Origin: a virus
Lineage: Duplodnaviria > Caudoviricetes
Direction: 5' to 3' (one strand)
DNA length: 32,006 bases
IMG/VR virus record: IMGVR_UViG_3300044657_000677
Location: 1-32,006 of that record
Both the position numbers and the translations under genes were made by a program. The notes beneath the pieces were generated by a model. The model saw only the letters and a list, made by a program, of their open reading frames with translations, ran no database searches and was not told the origin of the DNA. Shown piece after piece: positions 1 to 8,499 of the stretch; the stretch's first letter is position 1, and each line of letters starts with the position of its first letter.

Positions 1-1
1 G

Positions 2-100
2 AAAACAGCAATCTCTCCGCAAACGTCTCAGTCGCTAGCGAATCTTATAGAGCTGGCGCGAGATCAATTTAGTAACATTGAACCAGAAGGACACCGTTAG
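2..100 (+). CDS. 3' fragment of a gene, probably the C-terminus of the XRE-family HTH regulator whose N-terminus is at 31881-32006
   Basis: Open frame 2..100 reads KTAISPQTSQSLANLIELARDQFSNIEPEGHR*. It resembles, from memory, the C-terminal helix of XRE proteins beginning 'GIRAAA.EIGISP.TLSR'. Confidence 0.45.
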   Translation, partial: KTAISPQTSQSLANLIELARDQFSNIEPEGHR

Positions 101-153
101 TAGTGAATAGAAGAAATAAATTAATTTTTTTAAATCAAAGGAGTTAAAACCCT

Positions 154-258
154 ATGAATGACTTAATAAAAGTAAACGAAGCAATGCCAGATGGAATTCC
201 AACAGCGCAGCGATTTGCGCTGAAATACAGAAAAGACAAGGGGCAGCAAAATGAATAG
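154..258 (+). CDS. small hypothetical protein (34 aa)
   Basis: AAGGAG SD at 138-143 and ATG at 154; reads MNDLIKVNEAMPDGIPTAQRFALKYRKDKGQQNE* and overlaps the next start. Confidence 0.45.
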   Translation: MNDLIKVNEAMPDGIPTAQRFALKYRKDKGQQNE

Positions 259-445
259 GATATTGATCGCGTTAGGGTTGACAGTTGTATTTGCGGTCTT
301 GGTTCTTGCACCGGCGTCCGAAGTCGAGCAAATCGAGGCTGATCTCTATGCCGAGATGGTGTGCCTGGGTATTTCTACTAATATGGATCTTGGGTGGCCC
401 AATTACAAAAATCTCAACCTTGATTGTGGTGATTATGCGGAATAG
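251..445 (+). CDS. small membrane or exported phage protein
   Basis: AAGGGG SD; N-terminal hydrophobic helix (ILIALGLTVVFAVLVLA); C-terminal GWPNYK with two Cys in the soluble part. Confidence 0.7.
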   Translation: MNRILIALGLTVVFAVLVLAPASEVEQIEADLYAEMVCLGISTNMDLGWPNYKNLNLDCGDYAE

Positions 446-665
446 TGGTTATTATACCGTTACTTCACCGAAAGAGTTGAGAGCCAAGAGCAAGGAAGCT
501 CTACGTCTACAACTCCAGGTTGACACCCAGGCATTTTTGGATTCGGGCGGTTCTATAACCAAAATCGAGGCTGGGGCGTCCGGCACCAAGGAGGGTATTT
601 CCTATCTCACCATTGACAATGATGACCACAAAATCCAACACAAAGATTTAAAACATATACTTTGA
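435..665 (+). CDS. SutA-like RNA-polymerase-binding domain protein
   Basis: Likely start is ATG 435 (GGTGA SD), not 285. KSKEALRLQLQVDTQAFLDSGGSITKI resembles the Pseudomonas SutA helix plus FL.RGG.V..I motif. Confidence 0.55.
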   Translation: MRNSGYYTVTSPKELRAKSKEALRLQLQVDTQAFLDSGGSITKIEAGASGTKEGISYLTIDNDDHKIQHKDLKHIL

Positions 666-698
666 GCGACACCTCGTAGTAGGCAGACACACCTCGAT

Positions 699-824
699 TC
701 TACACACCCCTCTACACCAAAACCCTTTTATAACGGTATTTCTAAATTCTTTGTAGATTTGTTGCAGCTGTTGCCGCGTTTTAGAATATTGTCTTCGAGA
801 GACAGTTTTAAGTCTTTTATAAAA
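699..824 (-). repeat. copy 1 of a long imperfect inverted-repeat element (partner at 18881-19018)
   Basis: Its reverse complement aligns with 18881-19018 in blocks: 36/39, 27/28, an exact GTTATAAAAGGG, and TGTAGAGGG. Confidence 0.92.
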
Positions 825-874
825 AATAAAATTGCAACACAAAATTGCAAAAAGCATCATATGGGAATGATTAG

Positions 875-904
875 TTGATTGCTGATGTGCTTTCGTGTTA
901 AACT
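875..904 (+). promoter_or_regulatory. sigma70-like extended -10 promoter for terS
   Basis: TTGATT(875-880)-N18-TAAACT(899-904) with a TG extension; ATG at 911. Confidence 0.65.
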
Positions 905-910
905 GCTATC

Positions 911-1411
911 ATGACCGAAACACAAACAAAGGGTTTATTTATTGATGGCCATTCTGATTTCGCAAGTGTGGAGGATAGATTGGGTGTTACGCCTAAAGAA
1001 ATTGCTGCGTGTCAATATTATGTATCAAATCATTGCGCCTGGCCCGAAGCATGGAAATCTGCCTTCACTGCGAAATATGCCAATGATAAGAATTTACAAC
1101 GAGCATACACCGTAACCTACAAAAAACAACGCGTACAGGATTATATAAAGCATTTGCAAAATAAAACTAGAGAACTCGTAAACATCACTGCTGCCGATCT
1201 TTTATTAGAACTCGAAGAGGCTCGTCAGGTGGCACTAGATCAGCTTGATCCCAAGGTGATGGTTGCATCTACTCTTGGCAAGGCTAAGATTTTAGGTTTG
1301 TTAGAGGGTGTTATGCCCGGGGATGGTGGTACAAGATTGCCTAGCCCGGTGGTTCCGGTATTTAATGTTGCCGAAGCCACCAGAGATATTGTAATAACGA
1401 AGGGCAAATGA
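911..1411 (+). CDS. terS: terminase small subunit
   Basis: Directly upstream of and overlapping terL; carries a typical ITAADLLLELEEARQVAL...STLGKAKILGL segment. Confidence 0.8.
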   Translation: MTETQTKGLFIDGHSDFASVEDRLGVTPKEIAACQYYVSNHCAWPEAWKSAFTAKYANDKNLQRAYTVTYKKQRVQDYIKHLQNKTRELVNITAADLLLELEEARQVALDQLDPKVMVASTLGKAKILGLLEGVMPGDGGTRLPSPVVPVFNVAEATRDIVITKGK

Positions 1412-2700
1412 AAACCAACAATGGACTAAGACAAGAACAGGTGTTGCCACAGGCCAATTTGAATTTGTCCTATCCGCAGCACGTGTTTTTAAATGAGCTT
1501 GACACAAAATTCCGGGCTTATGTTGGTGGATTTGGCTCGGGCAAGACATATGTTGGGGCTTTAGATTTGGCACTTTTTGCTTTATCAAATCCAGGTCTTC
1601 CGCAGGGTTACTTTGGGGCCACTTATTCATCTATTCGCGATATTTTTTACCCGACTATTGAGGAAGCATGCCATTCGCTGGGCATGACAGTTGAAATAAA
1701 AGAGGGTAACAAAGAAGTGCATTTGTATAACAACGGCAAATATTATGGCATCATAATTTGCAGATCAATGGACAGGCCTTCATCAATTATCGGTTTCAAA
1801 ATTGCTCGAGCCATGGTTGACGAAATTGATACATTACCAATGACAAAGGCCAAACACGCCTGGCGAATGATTATTGCTCGGCTGCGTTTCGTAGTAGATG
1901 GTGTTGTTAATGGTGTTGGCCTTACTACGACGCCGGAAGGGTATAAATTTGCGTATCAAACATTTGCGGAAGAGCCCACCGAGTCTTATTCCATGGTCCA
2001 GGCTTCGACTTATGAAAATGAGAGGTATTTGCCGCCGGATTACATTGAATCATTGATAGAAACTTACCCCAAGTCTTTGATTGATGCTTATTTAATGGGT
2101 GAATTTTGTAACTTAACCCAGGGGTCGGTCTTTAGCTCATATGATAGAGCGGCCAATGCATCGGATGAATTAATACAGCCGGGGGAACCTCTCTTTATTG
2201 GTTGTGATTTTAATGTCACCAGGCAATGCGCCATTGTGTACGTTTGCCGTGGTGAAGAGTGGCATGCCGTCGACGAGCTTATAGATATGTATGACACGCC
2301 GGAAATGGTGCGAATTATTACTGAACGATATGTTGGTCATCAAATCTATGTTTACCCGGATGCTTCCGGCAGAGCCAGGAAAACGGTCAATGCCAGCACT
2401 TCTGACATCGCGCTTTTAGAGCAAGCCGGATTTACGATTCGGGCTAAAAAGGCAAATCCTGCTGTAAAAGATCGCATAATGGCGACCAATGCGGCGTTTG
2501 ATCGTGGTTATTTAAGAATCAACAACAGAAAGTGTGAAATGTTTGCCAAATCTGTGGAGCAGTTGGCCTACGACAACAACGGCGAGCCAGATAAAAAATC
2601 AGGCTTAGATCACGCTACCGACGCCGGGACTTATCCGGTTGCGTACGAGATGCCGATAGTCAAGCCAGTGGCCCATATCCCAATTAATTTTAGTATATAG
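1408..2700 (+). CDS. terL: terminase large subunit
   Basis: Walker A GGFGSGKT, Walker B AMVDEID, TTTPEG coupling motif, nuclease acidic motifs GCDFN, YPDASG and DHATDA. Confidence 0.96.
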   Translation: MKTNNGLRQEQVLPQANLNLSYPQHVFLNELDTKFRAYVGGFGSGKTYVGALDLALFALSNPGLPQGYFGATYSSIRDIFYPTIEEACHSLGMTVEIKEGNKEVHLYNNGKYYGIIICRSMDRPSSIIGFKIARAMVDEIDTLPMTKAKHAWRMIIARLRFVVDGVVNGVGLTTTPEGYKFAYQTFAEEPTESYSMVQASTYENERYLPPDYIESLIETYPKSLIDAYLMGEFCNLTQGSVFSSYDRAANASDELIQPGEPLFIGCDFNVTRQCAIVYVCRGEEWHAVDELIDMYDTPEMVRIITERYVGHQIYVYPDASGRARKTVNASTSDIALLEQAGFTIRAKKANPAVKDRIMATNAAFDRGYLRINNRKCEMFAKSVEQLAYDNNGEPDKKSGLDHATDAGTYPVAYEMPIVKPVAHIPINFSI

Positions 2701-2708
2701 GTGAAGAA

Positions 2709-4079
2709 ATGCCAGTATCTCAAACTGAACCGAGCTATGAGAAAAATCTTAGTATTTGGGAGTTAACTCGTGATGCCGCAAAGGGTGTAACTCTCGAAGC
2801 AGCAAAAAAGTATATACCCCGTCGATCGCATGAAGACCAGGACAAGTACTACCAACGAATCCAAAAAGCCATTTATACGAATTTCACTGGACGGACCAGA
2901 GAGGGATTGAAGGGTGCGATATTCCGTCTGCCGCCTCGCATCGAGCTGCCGCCGGACATGGAATTCATGTTGGACAATGCGGACGGGGCTGGACAATCAA
3001 TTGAGCAAGTTGCAAAGTTAGCGACGGACGAAGTGCTCGAGACTGGGAGATTCGGATTGCTCGCCGATTATCCGTCGGTTGACGAAAATCTTACTGCGGA
3101 GCAAGTTCGACGTATGGGGTTACAACCACACATTGCTACATACACTGCCGAGTCGATTATTAACTGGCACGTTCACGTCAGGAATGGTAAAAAACAGCTC
3201 GGTATGATAGTGTTGAAGGAAAATTCGCCGGTTCACTACGACGAGTTCACCTGGGATTACGAAGATCGTTATCGTGTGTTACGACTAAATGATTCTTATG
3301 AGTATACGCAGCAGTTGTATGACGAGGCGGGTGATCCGATAACTGAAGAAATGGTGGTGCGCGGGGCTAGTGGGCTTGCATTTGAACATATTCCGTTCTG
3401 CTTTATTGGCTCACGAGATAATTTATCTAGCATTGACGAACCAGTGCTTTACGATATCGCCAGGATCAACATTGGACATTTCCGAAATTCAGCGGATTAT
3501 GAAAACAACCTTTCTATTCATGGTGGTGGTACTTTAGTTGTATCTACTGACATGAGCCCGGAGGCTTTCCAGTCACTTAACCCAGGCGGCGTCACAGTCG
3601 GCGAAAATTCAGGCCTTATTCTTTCCGAAGGTGGCAAAGCGGAATTATTGCAGCTTAATGCGTCGAGTGCGATGCGAAGCGAGATGGAACACAAAGAACA
3701 TATGATGGTCCAAATCGGGGCCAAGATTATCACCAAAACTGGACAGCGTACTGCTGAAGAGGCTCGGCTGCAAGCAACGTCCGAAAATTCAATGCTTGAT
3801 ACTTTGGTTGGCAACATCAGCGAATCTTTTCGTAAAGTCCTGGAAGACTGCCGTTCGTTTATCACAACCACTGATTCCGAATTGATTTTCGAGCTAAATT
3901 CTGATTTCTGGCAGGACAGTATTGCCGCGACAGAGATCATGGCAATGATTCAAGGCAACGACGCTGGGGTGATGCCGAAGATCGACATCGTTCGCCGTCT
4001 AATGGATGCCGGGTGGATTCAATCCGAAGGTACGGCAGAAGACATTCTTTCCGATATCACTCAAGAGTCGCCTATCTAA
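2709..4079 (+). CDS. portal protein (DUF4055-like)
   Basis: 456 aa, follows terL; motifs YTNFTGRT, NIGHFRNSADYE and MVQIGAK are typical of DUF4055 portals. Confidence 0.88.
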   Translation: MPVSQTEPSYEKNLSIWELTRDAAKGVTLEAAKKYIPRRSHEDQDKYYQRIQKAIYTNFTGRTREGLKGAIFRLPPRIELPPDMEFMLDNADGAGQSIEQVAKLATDEVLETGRFGLLADYPSVDENLTAEQVRRMGLQPHIATYTAESIINWHVHVRNGKKQLGMIVLKENSPVHYDEFTWDYEDRYRVLRLNDSYEYTQQLYDEAGDPITEEMVVRGASGLAFEHIPFCFIGSRDNLSSIDEPVLYDIARINIGHFRNSADYENNLSIHGGGTLVVSTDMSPEAFQSLNPGGVTVGENSGLILSEGGKAELLQLNASSAMRSEMEHKEHMMVQIGAKIITKTGQRTAEEARLQATSENSMLDTLVGNISESFRKVLEDCRSFITTTDSELIFELNSDFWQDSIAATEIMAMIQGNDAGVMPKIDIVRRLMDAGWIQSEGTAEDILSDITQESPI

Positions 4080-5099
4080 ATGAGTGCAAACGACTTTCTG
4101 CTGGATGCTGGAATCAAGCATCAGATATACGTCCAGCGATACGCGGGCGGGCAGGTGAAGGATTTAGTTAAGTATCTCGATGATGCTCAGGCTGAAATTC
4201 TTCGCCAGCTCAAGACCGTGAAAAGCCTGGCAGAAAGTCGAACGCTCAATCGCAAGCTAAATCGAATCGTTCAGTTGCAGCAGGAAGGACTAGCGAAACT
4301 CAGCGCCAATTTAACAGATGGGGCAATGGACTTCGCAGAATACGAAGCGGCGTTTGCCGTCAAGACGCTAAACACTGCGGCAACTGTTTCAGTAGCTCTT
4401 CCAGCATCTGAGCAGCTGCGAGCACTGGTAACGCAAAGACCGATGCAGCTTGCTGTCAGCGGTAAAGCGGGCAGCACAGTTCAGTCGCTAACACTGAGCC
4501 AAGCGGCGACGCAGTTTTCGAAAGACAAAGCAGCAGAGATCACTCGAACGATTCAGCGCGGTATGGTCGACGGCGAAACTGTTCAATCACTTACCCGGAA
4601 CATCGTGGGGATTACTGAGAAGCACAAACGCCAGGCTGAGGCATTGGTTCGTACCAGCGTCAATCACATCTCATCAGAAGCTCGCTCGGCAGTAAATCGG
4701 GCGAATGACGATATTATGAAGGGCGAAGAGTATGTCTCGGTTCTCGATAGTCGCACGACTGTCGGTTGTGCAGCACTGGACGGCAAGATACTCGGGTTCG
4801 ACGAGCCGCCATCTACTCCGCGTCATTGGAACTGCCGATCTCTGCGCATCCCGGTGCTAAATGATGAATATCAAGAAGGTGGGCTTAAGGGAACTCGGGC
4901 TAGTATCCAGGGGCCAGTATCTGCGAAACGCACATACAGCGGATGGCTTAGAGATCAATCTGCGGAATTCCAGGATGATGTGTTGGGGAAGACGCGTGGT
5001 GACTTATTTCGATCCGGAAAATTTACACTTGATCAATTTGTCGATTTAAATGATGGAAATACAATAAGCTTGAAAGGGCTTGGTATTTTGGAGGATTGA
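4080..5099 (+). CDS. minor head / head morphogenesis protein (SPP1 gp7 / Mu F family)
   Basis: LDSRTT..CAALDG and P.HWNCRS motifs; located after the portal. Confidence 0.9.
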   Translation: MSANDFLLDAGIKHQIYVQRYAGGQVKDLVKYLDDAQAEILRQLKTVKSLAESRTLNRKLNRIVQLQQEGLAKLSANLTDGAMDFAEYEAAFAVKTLNTAATVSVALPASEQLRALVTQRPMQLAVSGKAGSTVQSLTLSQAATQFSKDKAAEITRTIQRGMVDGETVQSLTRNIVGITEKHKRQAEALVRTSVNHISSEARSAVNRANDDIMKGEEYVSVLDSRTTVGCAALDGKILGFDEPPSTPRHWNCRSLRIPVLNDEYQEGGLKGTRASIQGPVSAKRTYSGWLRDQSAEFQDDVLGKTRGDLFRSGKFTLDQFVDLNDGNTISLKGLGILED

Positions 5100-5108
5100 A
5101 TTTTGGGG

Positions 5109-5138
5109 TTGACACGGGCATTTGTGCGGTGTTATCAT
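5109..5138 (+). promoter_or_regulatory. sigma70-like promoter for scaffold and capsid
   Basis: TTGACA(5109-5114)-N18-TATCAT(5133-5138) with a TG extension. Confidence 0.75.
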
Positions 5139-5147
5139 TTACGGAAC

Positions 5148-5178
5148 GCTGCGGGGCAGCATAAATCTACGGGGTAGA
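5148..5178 (+). promoter_or_regulatory. pair of GGG-loop hairpins in the scaffold 5' leader
   Basis: GCTGC-GGG-GCAGC (5148-5160) and TCTAC-GGG-GTAGA (5166-5178), ending 5 nt before ATG 5184. Confidence 0.65.
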
Positions 5179-5183
5179 AGAGA

Positions 5184-5855
5184 ATGAGTTTACAATATGC
5201 ACTTGAAGATATAACCGAGCTCGACGAGTCAATACAGGCACTGTACGAGCAAGAAGGTGATAAATTTATCTTAAGAGTTGATGGTATTCCGCAACCGGAG
5301 GACACAACCGGACTAAAAAGCAAAGTTCAGCAGTTGATGGACGAGGCGAAAGATGCGAAGCGACGCGCCAAAGAATTAGAGTCGCAGAAACAGCAACAGG
5401 AAATGGACACAGCCCAGGAAAAAGGCGAGTTCAAAAATCTCTGGGAACAGGCTCAAGCGAAGCTGGCGGAGAAGGATGCAGAGTTGCAGGATTTCACGGC
5501 AAAAATACAACAAAAAGACATCAGCATAGCCGCTCGCGGTATCGGCTCGCAATTAGCGAAGTCGGACGCCAAACGAGCGGAAGTATTGGCCGATTATGCG
5601 AGTAAGTATGCTCGGCACGATGGTGAGAAGGTCCAGTTTTTAGTGGGTGGAGTGGAAGTAGATTCCTCGGCAATTATGGACCATTTATCGAAAGAATTTC
5701 CGTTCTTGGTTGACGGCTCAAGTGCCACCGGGGGTGGTGCTACAAGTTCAAACAGCAGCGGGGCTGCGAAACAATTAAATCGATCCGATTTTGATAATCT
5801 TGCCGCTCACAAAAGAATGGCGTTTATCAAAGACGGTGGTATCATTTCTGACTAA
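5184..5855 (+). CDS. capsid scaffolding protein
   Basis: Acidic coiled-coil protein directly before the major capsid gene; ends with a Gly-rich linker and RSDFDNL...FIKDGG. Confidence 0.85.
   Translation: MSLQYALEDITELDESIQALYEQEGDKFILRVDGIPQPEDTTGLKSKVQQLMDEAKDAKRRAKELESQKQQQEMDTAQEKGEFKNLWEQAQAKLAEKDAELQDFTAKIQQKDISIAARGIGSQLAKSDAKRAEVLADYASKYARHDGEKVQFLVGGVEVDSSAIMDHLSKEFPFLVDGSSATGGGATSSNSSGAAKQLNRSDFDNLAAHKRMAFIKDGGIISD
5725..5767 (+). promoter_or_regulatory. second pair of GGG-loop hairpins, inside the scaffold 3' end and upstream of the capsid gene
   Basis: CCACC-GGG-GGTGG (5725-5737) and GCAGC-GGG-GCTGC (5755-5767). Confidence 0.55.
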
Positions 5856-5872
5856 CTTAATAGGTACTAACA

Positions 5873-7003
5873 ATGGCTAATACTTTAACAAATTTAACTC
5901 CTGATTTATACGAAGCACTTGACACTGTTTCGCGTGAATTGGTTGGTATGATCCCGGCGGTGACACTCGATGCTAACGCAGACCGTGCTGCCAAAGGTCA
6001 AACAATTCGCAGCGCAGTGGCTCCAAGCTCCTCTGCTGCTGATATTACTCCAGCGCAGAAGGCTCCCGACACTGGCGATCAAGTCATCACCAATAAAACT
6101 TTGAGTATTTCAAAGTCTCGCGGTGTGGCTATTCGCTACAACGGCGAAGAGCAGCGCGGTCTAAATACTGGGCCTGGATACAATAGCATTCTACAGAATC
6201 AATTCGCCCAGGCGATGCGTACTCTGACGAATGAGGTCGAATCTGATCTAACAGCTCTATATTCATCCGCTTCGAACGCATACGGAACTCCCGGCACTAC
6301 GCCTTTCGGCACTGCTGGTGATTTCAGCGATGCGTCTTTCGCTCTCAAGCTGCTCAAAGATAATGGCTCGCCGTTGACTGGTAATCAGTTAATTGTAAGC
6401 TCTGCGGCTGGCGCTTCTATGCTTGGTCTGCAAAGCCGCATCGACGTACAGGGCAACGATTCTATGCTACGTCAGGGCGTTATGCTTTCGACTGCTGGCA
6501 TGGATATCCGCGAGTCTGCACAAATCAATGCTCACACGAAGGGCACTGGCGCAAGCTACATCACAGACGGCACTTACGCGGTAGGCGCAACTGCTATCAC
6601 TATCGATGGCGGCACTGGTACAGTTCTCGCTGGTGACGTGGTGACTTTTGCAGGTGACGCGAACAAGTACGTCGTCGAAACTGCTCTCACTGGCGGCGTT
6701 GTGACTCTCGCAGCTCCCGGCTTGAAAGCATCTCTCGCTGATGGTGTAGCAATGACAGTCGGCAATGCTTACGCTGCCAACATGGCGTTCAACCGCGACG
6801 CGATCGTTCTTGTAACACGCGCTCCGGCTCGTCCAGTTGAAGGCGATCTCGCTGAAGACGTGATGCTTATGACTGATCCGCGTTCCGGTATTACTTTCGA
6901 GGTGTCTATGTACAAAGAGTACAGACAGGTTCACTTCGAAGTGGCACTCGCTTGGGGCGTCGCAGCCATCAAGCCAGAGCATATCGGCATCTTGCTGGGC
7001 TAA
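5873..7003 (+). CDS. major capsid protein (P22 coat protein-like, HK97 fold with insertion domain)
   Basis: N-terminus MANTLTNLTPDLYEALDTVSRELVG; beta-rich insertion around GTVLAGDVVTFAG; C-terminus AWGVAAIKPEH. Confidence 0.9.
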   Translation: MANTLTNLTPDLYEALDTVSRELVGMIPAVTLDANADRAAKGQTIRSAVAPSSSAADITPAQKAPDTGDQVITNKTLSISKSRGVAIRYNGEEQRGLNTGPGYNSILQNQFAQAMRTLTNEVESDLTALYSSASNAYGTPGTTPFGTAGDFSDASFALKLLKDNGSPLTGNQLIVSSAAGASMLGLQSRIDVQGNDSMLRQGVMLSTAGMDIRESAQINAHTKGTGASYITDGTYAVGATAITIDGGTGTVLAGDVVTFAGDANKYVVETALTGGVVTLAAPGLKASLADGVAMTVGNAYAANMAFNRDAIVLVTRAPARPVEGDLAEDVMLMTDPRSGITFEVSMYKEYRQVHFEVALAWGVAAIKPEHIGILLG

Positions 7004-7023
7004 CTGCTAGTCTAAAAGTGATC

Positions 7024-7047
7024 GCGGGGCGTCTTCGGGCGTCCCGC
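7024..7047 (+). terminator. stable UUCG-tetraloop hairpin after the capsid gene (weak terminator or mRNA stabiliser)
   Basis: GCGGGGCGTC-TTCG-GGCGTCCCGC, a 10-bp stem with two G-U pairs; no clear U-tract follows. Confidence 0.6.
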
Positions 7048-7068
7048 ATCATTAAAAAGGAGGATAGT

Positions 7069-7230
7069 ATGGCAACAATCCCAACAGTGCTTATCGACCG
7101 GGGTGGTCAAAAAGTTATTATTAACGAATCGGATTTCGATTCAAAGACAATGACGCTATTTGGTGGAAAGCCAGCGGTCAAGCCGAAGGCAGCACCGAAG
7201 AAGACTCGCAAGGCTAAAGCGGAGAGCTAA
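7069..7230 (+). CDS. small virion-associated protein with a Lys/Ala/Pro-rich basic tail
   Basis: AGGAGG SD and ATG 7069; reads MATIPTV...IINESDFD...KPAVKPKAAPKKTRKAKAES. Confidence 0.8.
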   Translation: MATIPTVLIDRGGQKVIINESDFDSKTMTLFGGKPAVKPKAAPKKTRKAKAES

Positions 7231-7725
7231 ATGGCTACCATTATCGTCGAAGACGGCTCAATAGTCGCGAACGCGAATAGCTACGTCACTACTGCCGAGT
7301 TCACTCAGTATTGTGCTGATCGAAACATTACGATCTCTGGCACTTATGGTGATGAATCGGAGTTGCTTATTTTGTCGATGGACTATTTTGAGCAGCAGCC
7401 TTTTCGCGGTATTAAGTTTATCGAGACCCAGCCGCTCCAGTTTCCGCGTTCTGATTTATATGTAGATGGCTATTTGACAGATTCAGATGCCATCCCGAAG
7501 CTGGTTAAAGACGCGCAGATAACAATTGCCGTTTCTATTATGGCTGGCAATGATCCGCTCTCGACAGTAGATCGGGCGGTGAAGCGCGAGAAAGTAGATG
7601 TGTTAGAAGTTGAGTATATGGACAACGCTTCTATCTCTACGGTCATTCGCAGCATCGGTAACGCAATGCGCAAATTGGTGACTTCTGGCTCGATGGGAAA
7701 CAACATAGCTACGATTCGGGGGTAG
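7231..7725 (+). CDS. head-tail adaptor (DnaT-like / DnaT_2 family)
   Basis: IIVEDGS.VANANSYVT, QPLQFPR and KREKVDVLEVEY motifs; located after the capsid gene. Confidence 0.85.
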   Translation: MATIIVEDGSIVANANSYVTTAEFTQYCADRNITISGTYGDESELLILSMDYFEQQPFRGIKFIETQPLQFPRSDLYVDGYLTDSDAIPKLVKDAQITIAVSIMAGNDPLSTVDRAVKREKVDVLEVEYMDNASISTVIRSIGNAMRKLVTSGSMGNNIATIRG

Positions 7726-7726
7726 C

Positions 7727-8089
7727 ATGGGCATTAATTACACATCTCTACAGTCCACAGCTGCCCGATTACTCAAAGGTAATGGCCAGGCTATAACATT
7801 TCGATATGAAGCCGGGGAGTCCATTGACCCGGCCACGGGTGTTGTTACGACGCCAGCAAGTGAAAGTACAGTGGCCGGGTTTGGTGTAGCATTAAATTAT
7901 ACCAACGTGGAATTAAATGGTGAGTCGATTATTGAATCTGATCTGAAATTGCTGGTCGATAATGTTGCTACGGAACCACAGGTGGGCTGGAAGGCAACAG
8001 TAAATAGCGAAACCTGGAGGGTGATGAGAGTAATGCCTGTTAACCCTGCTGGAACAAACATAATGTACGAATTGCAGATCAGAATATGA
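7727..8089 (+). CDS. head closure (stopper) protein
   Basis: Synteny, 120 aa, DPATG and VNPAGT..MYELQIR motifs. Confidence 0.75.
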   Translation: MGINYTSLQSTAARLLKGNGQAITFRYEAGESIDPATGVVTTPASESTVAGFGVALNYTNVELNGESIIESDLKLLVDNVATEPQVGWKATVNSETWRVMRVMPVNPAGTNIMYELQIRI

Positions 8090-8499
8090 GTGCGGCAGAA
8101 AAAGACATAAACACGGCGTTATCGGTGAGGCTCCAGGCGATTCAATCGGAAGGACTCCCCGCCATAGCATACGAAAATGCTGCATTTACGCCAACAACAG
8201 GAACGCTTTATTTGCGCGAAAATTTTCTACCTAACATCAAAGACCCGGTTGGCATTGCCCACGGTAGTGCGGATGATTATGAAGGTCTATATCAGGTTAC
8301 GGTTTTGAGTGCTCGCGGTGGGCGTCGATTTGAAGGGCAAGAGCAAGCACGATTGGTAAGTGCACATTTTCCGCGTGGTGCTGAGTACATGTACAATTCA
8401 ATAAAGGTGAAAGTAACGTCATCTCGGGTTGGCTCGCCAATTCAAATTGAGGACAGGTATTCAATTCCAGTTTCTATCGAGTGGCGAGCAATAGTATGA
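8086..8499 (+). CDS. tail terminator protein (DUF4128-like)
   Basis: IAYEN..FTP, GLYQVTV and AHFPRG motifs; synteny. Confidence 0.75.
   Translation: MSAAEKDINTALSVRLQAIQSEGLPAIAYENAAFTPTTGTLYLRENFLPNIKDPVGIAHGSADDYEGLYQVTVLSARGGRRFEGQEQARLVSAHFPRGAEYMYNSIKVKVTSSRVGSPIQIEDRYSIPVSIEWRAIV

Noticed and set aside
285-434. N-terminal extension of ORF 285-665, and similar extensions at 6952, 16628, 18424, 24059, 27410 and 28743
   Set aside because: They overlap upstream genes or a terminator; downstream ATGs have better SD sequences or translational coupling.
736-760. TTTCTA...TGTAGAT, and TCTAC-GGG-GTAGA at 5166-5178, resemble a Cas12a direct repeat
   Set aside because: No array, spacers or cas genes. 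The TCTAC/GTAGA stem is not intact at 736-760, and both sites are better explained by the inverted element and the GGG-hairpin family.
648-860. 70-aa minus-strand ORF over the inverted element
   Set aside because: No clear SD, and the partner copy differs by indels and spacer changes, so conservation looks nucleotide-level rather than coding.
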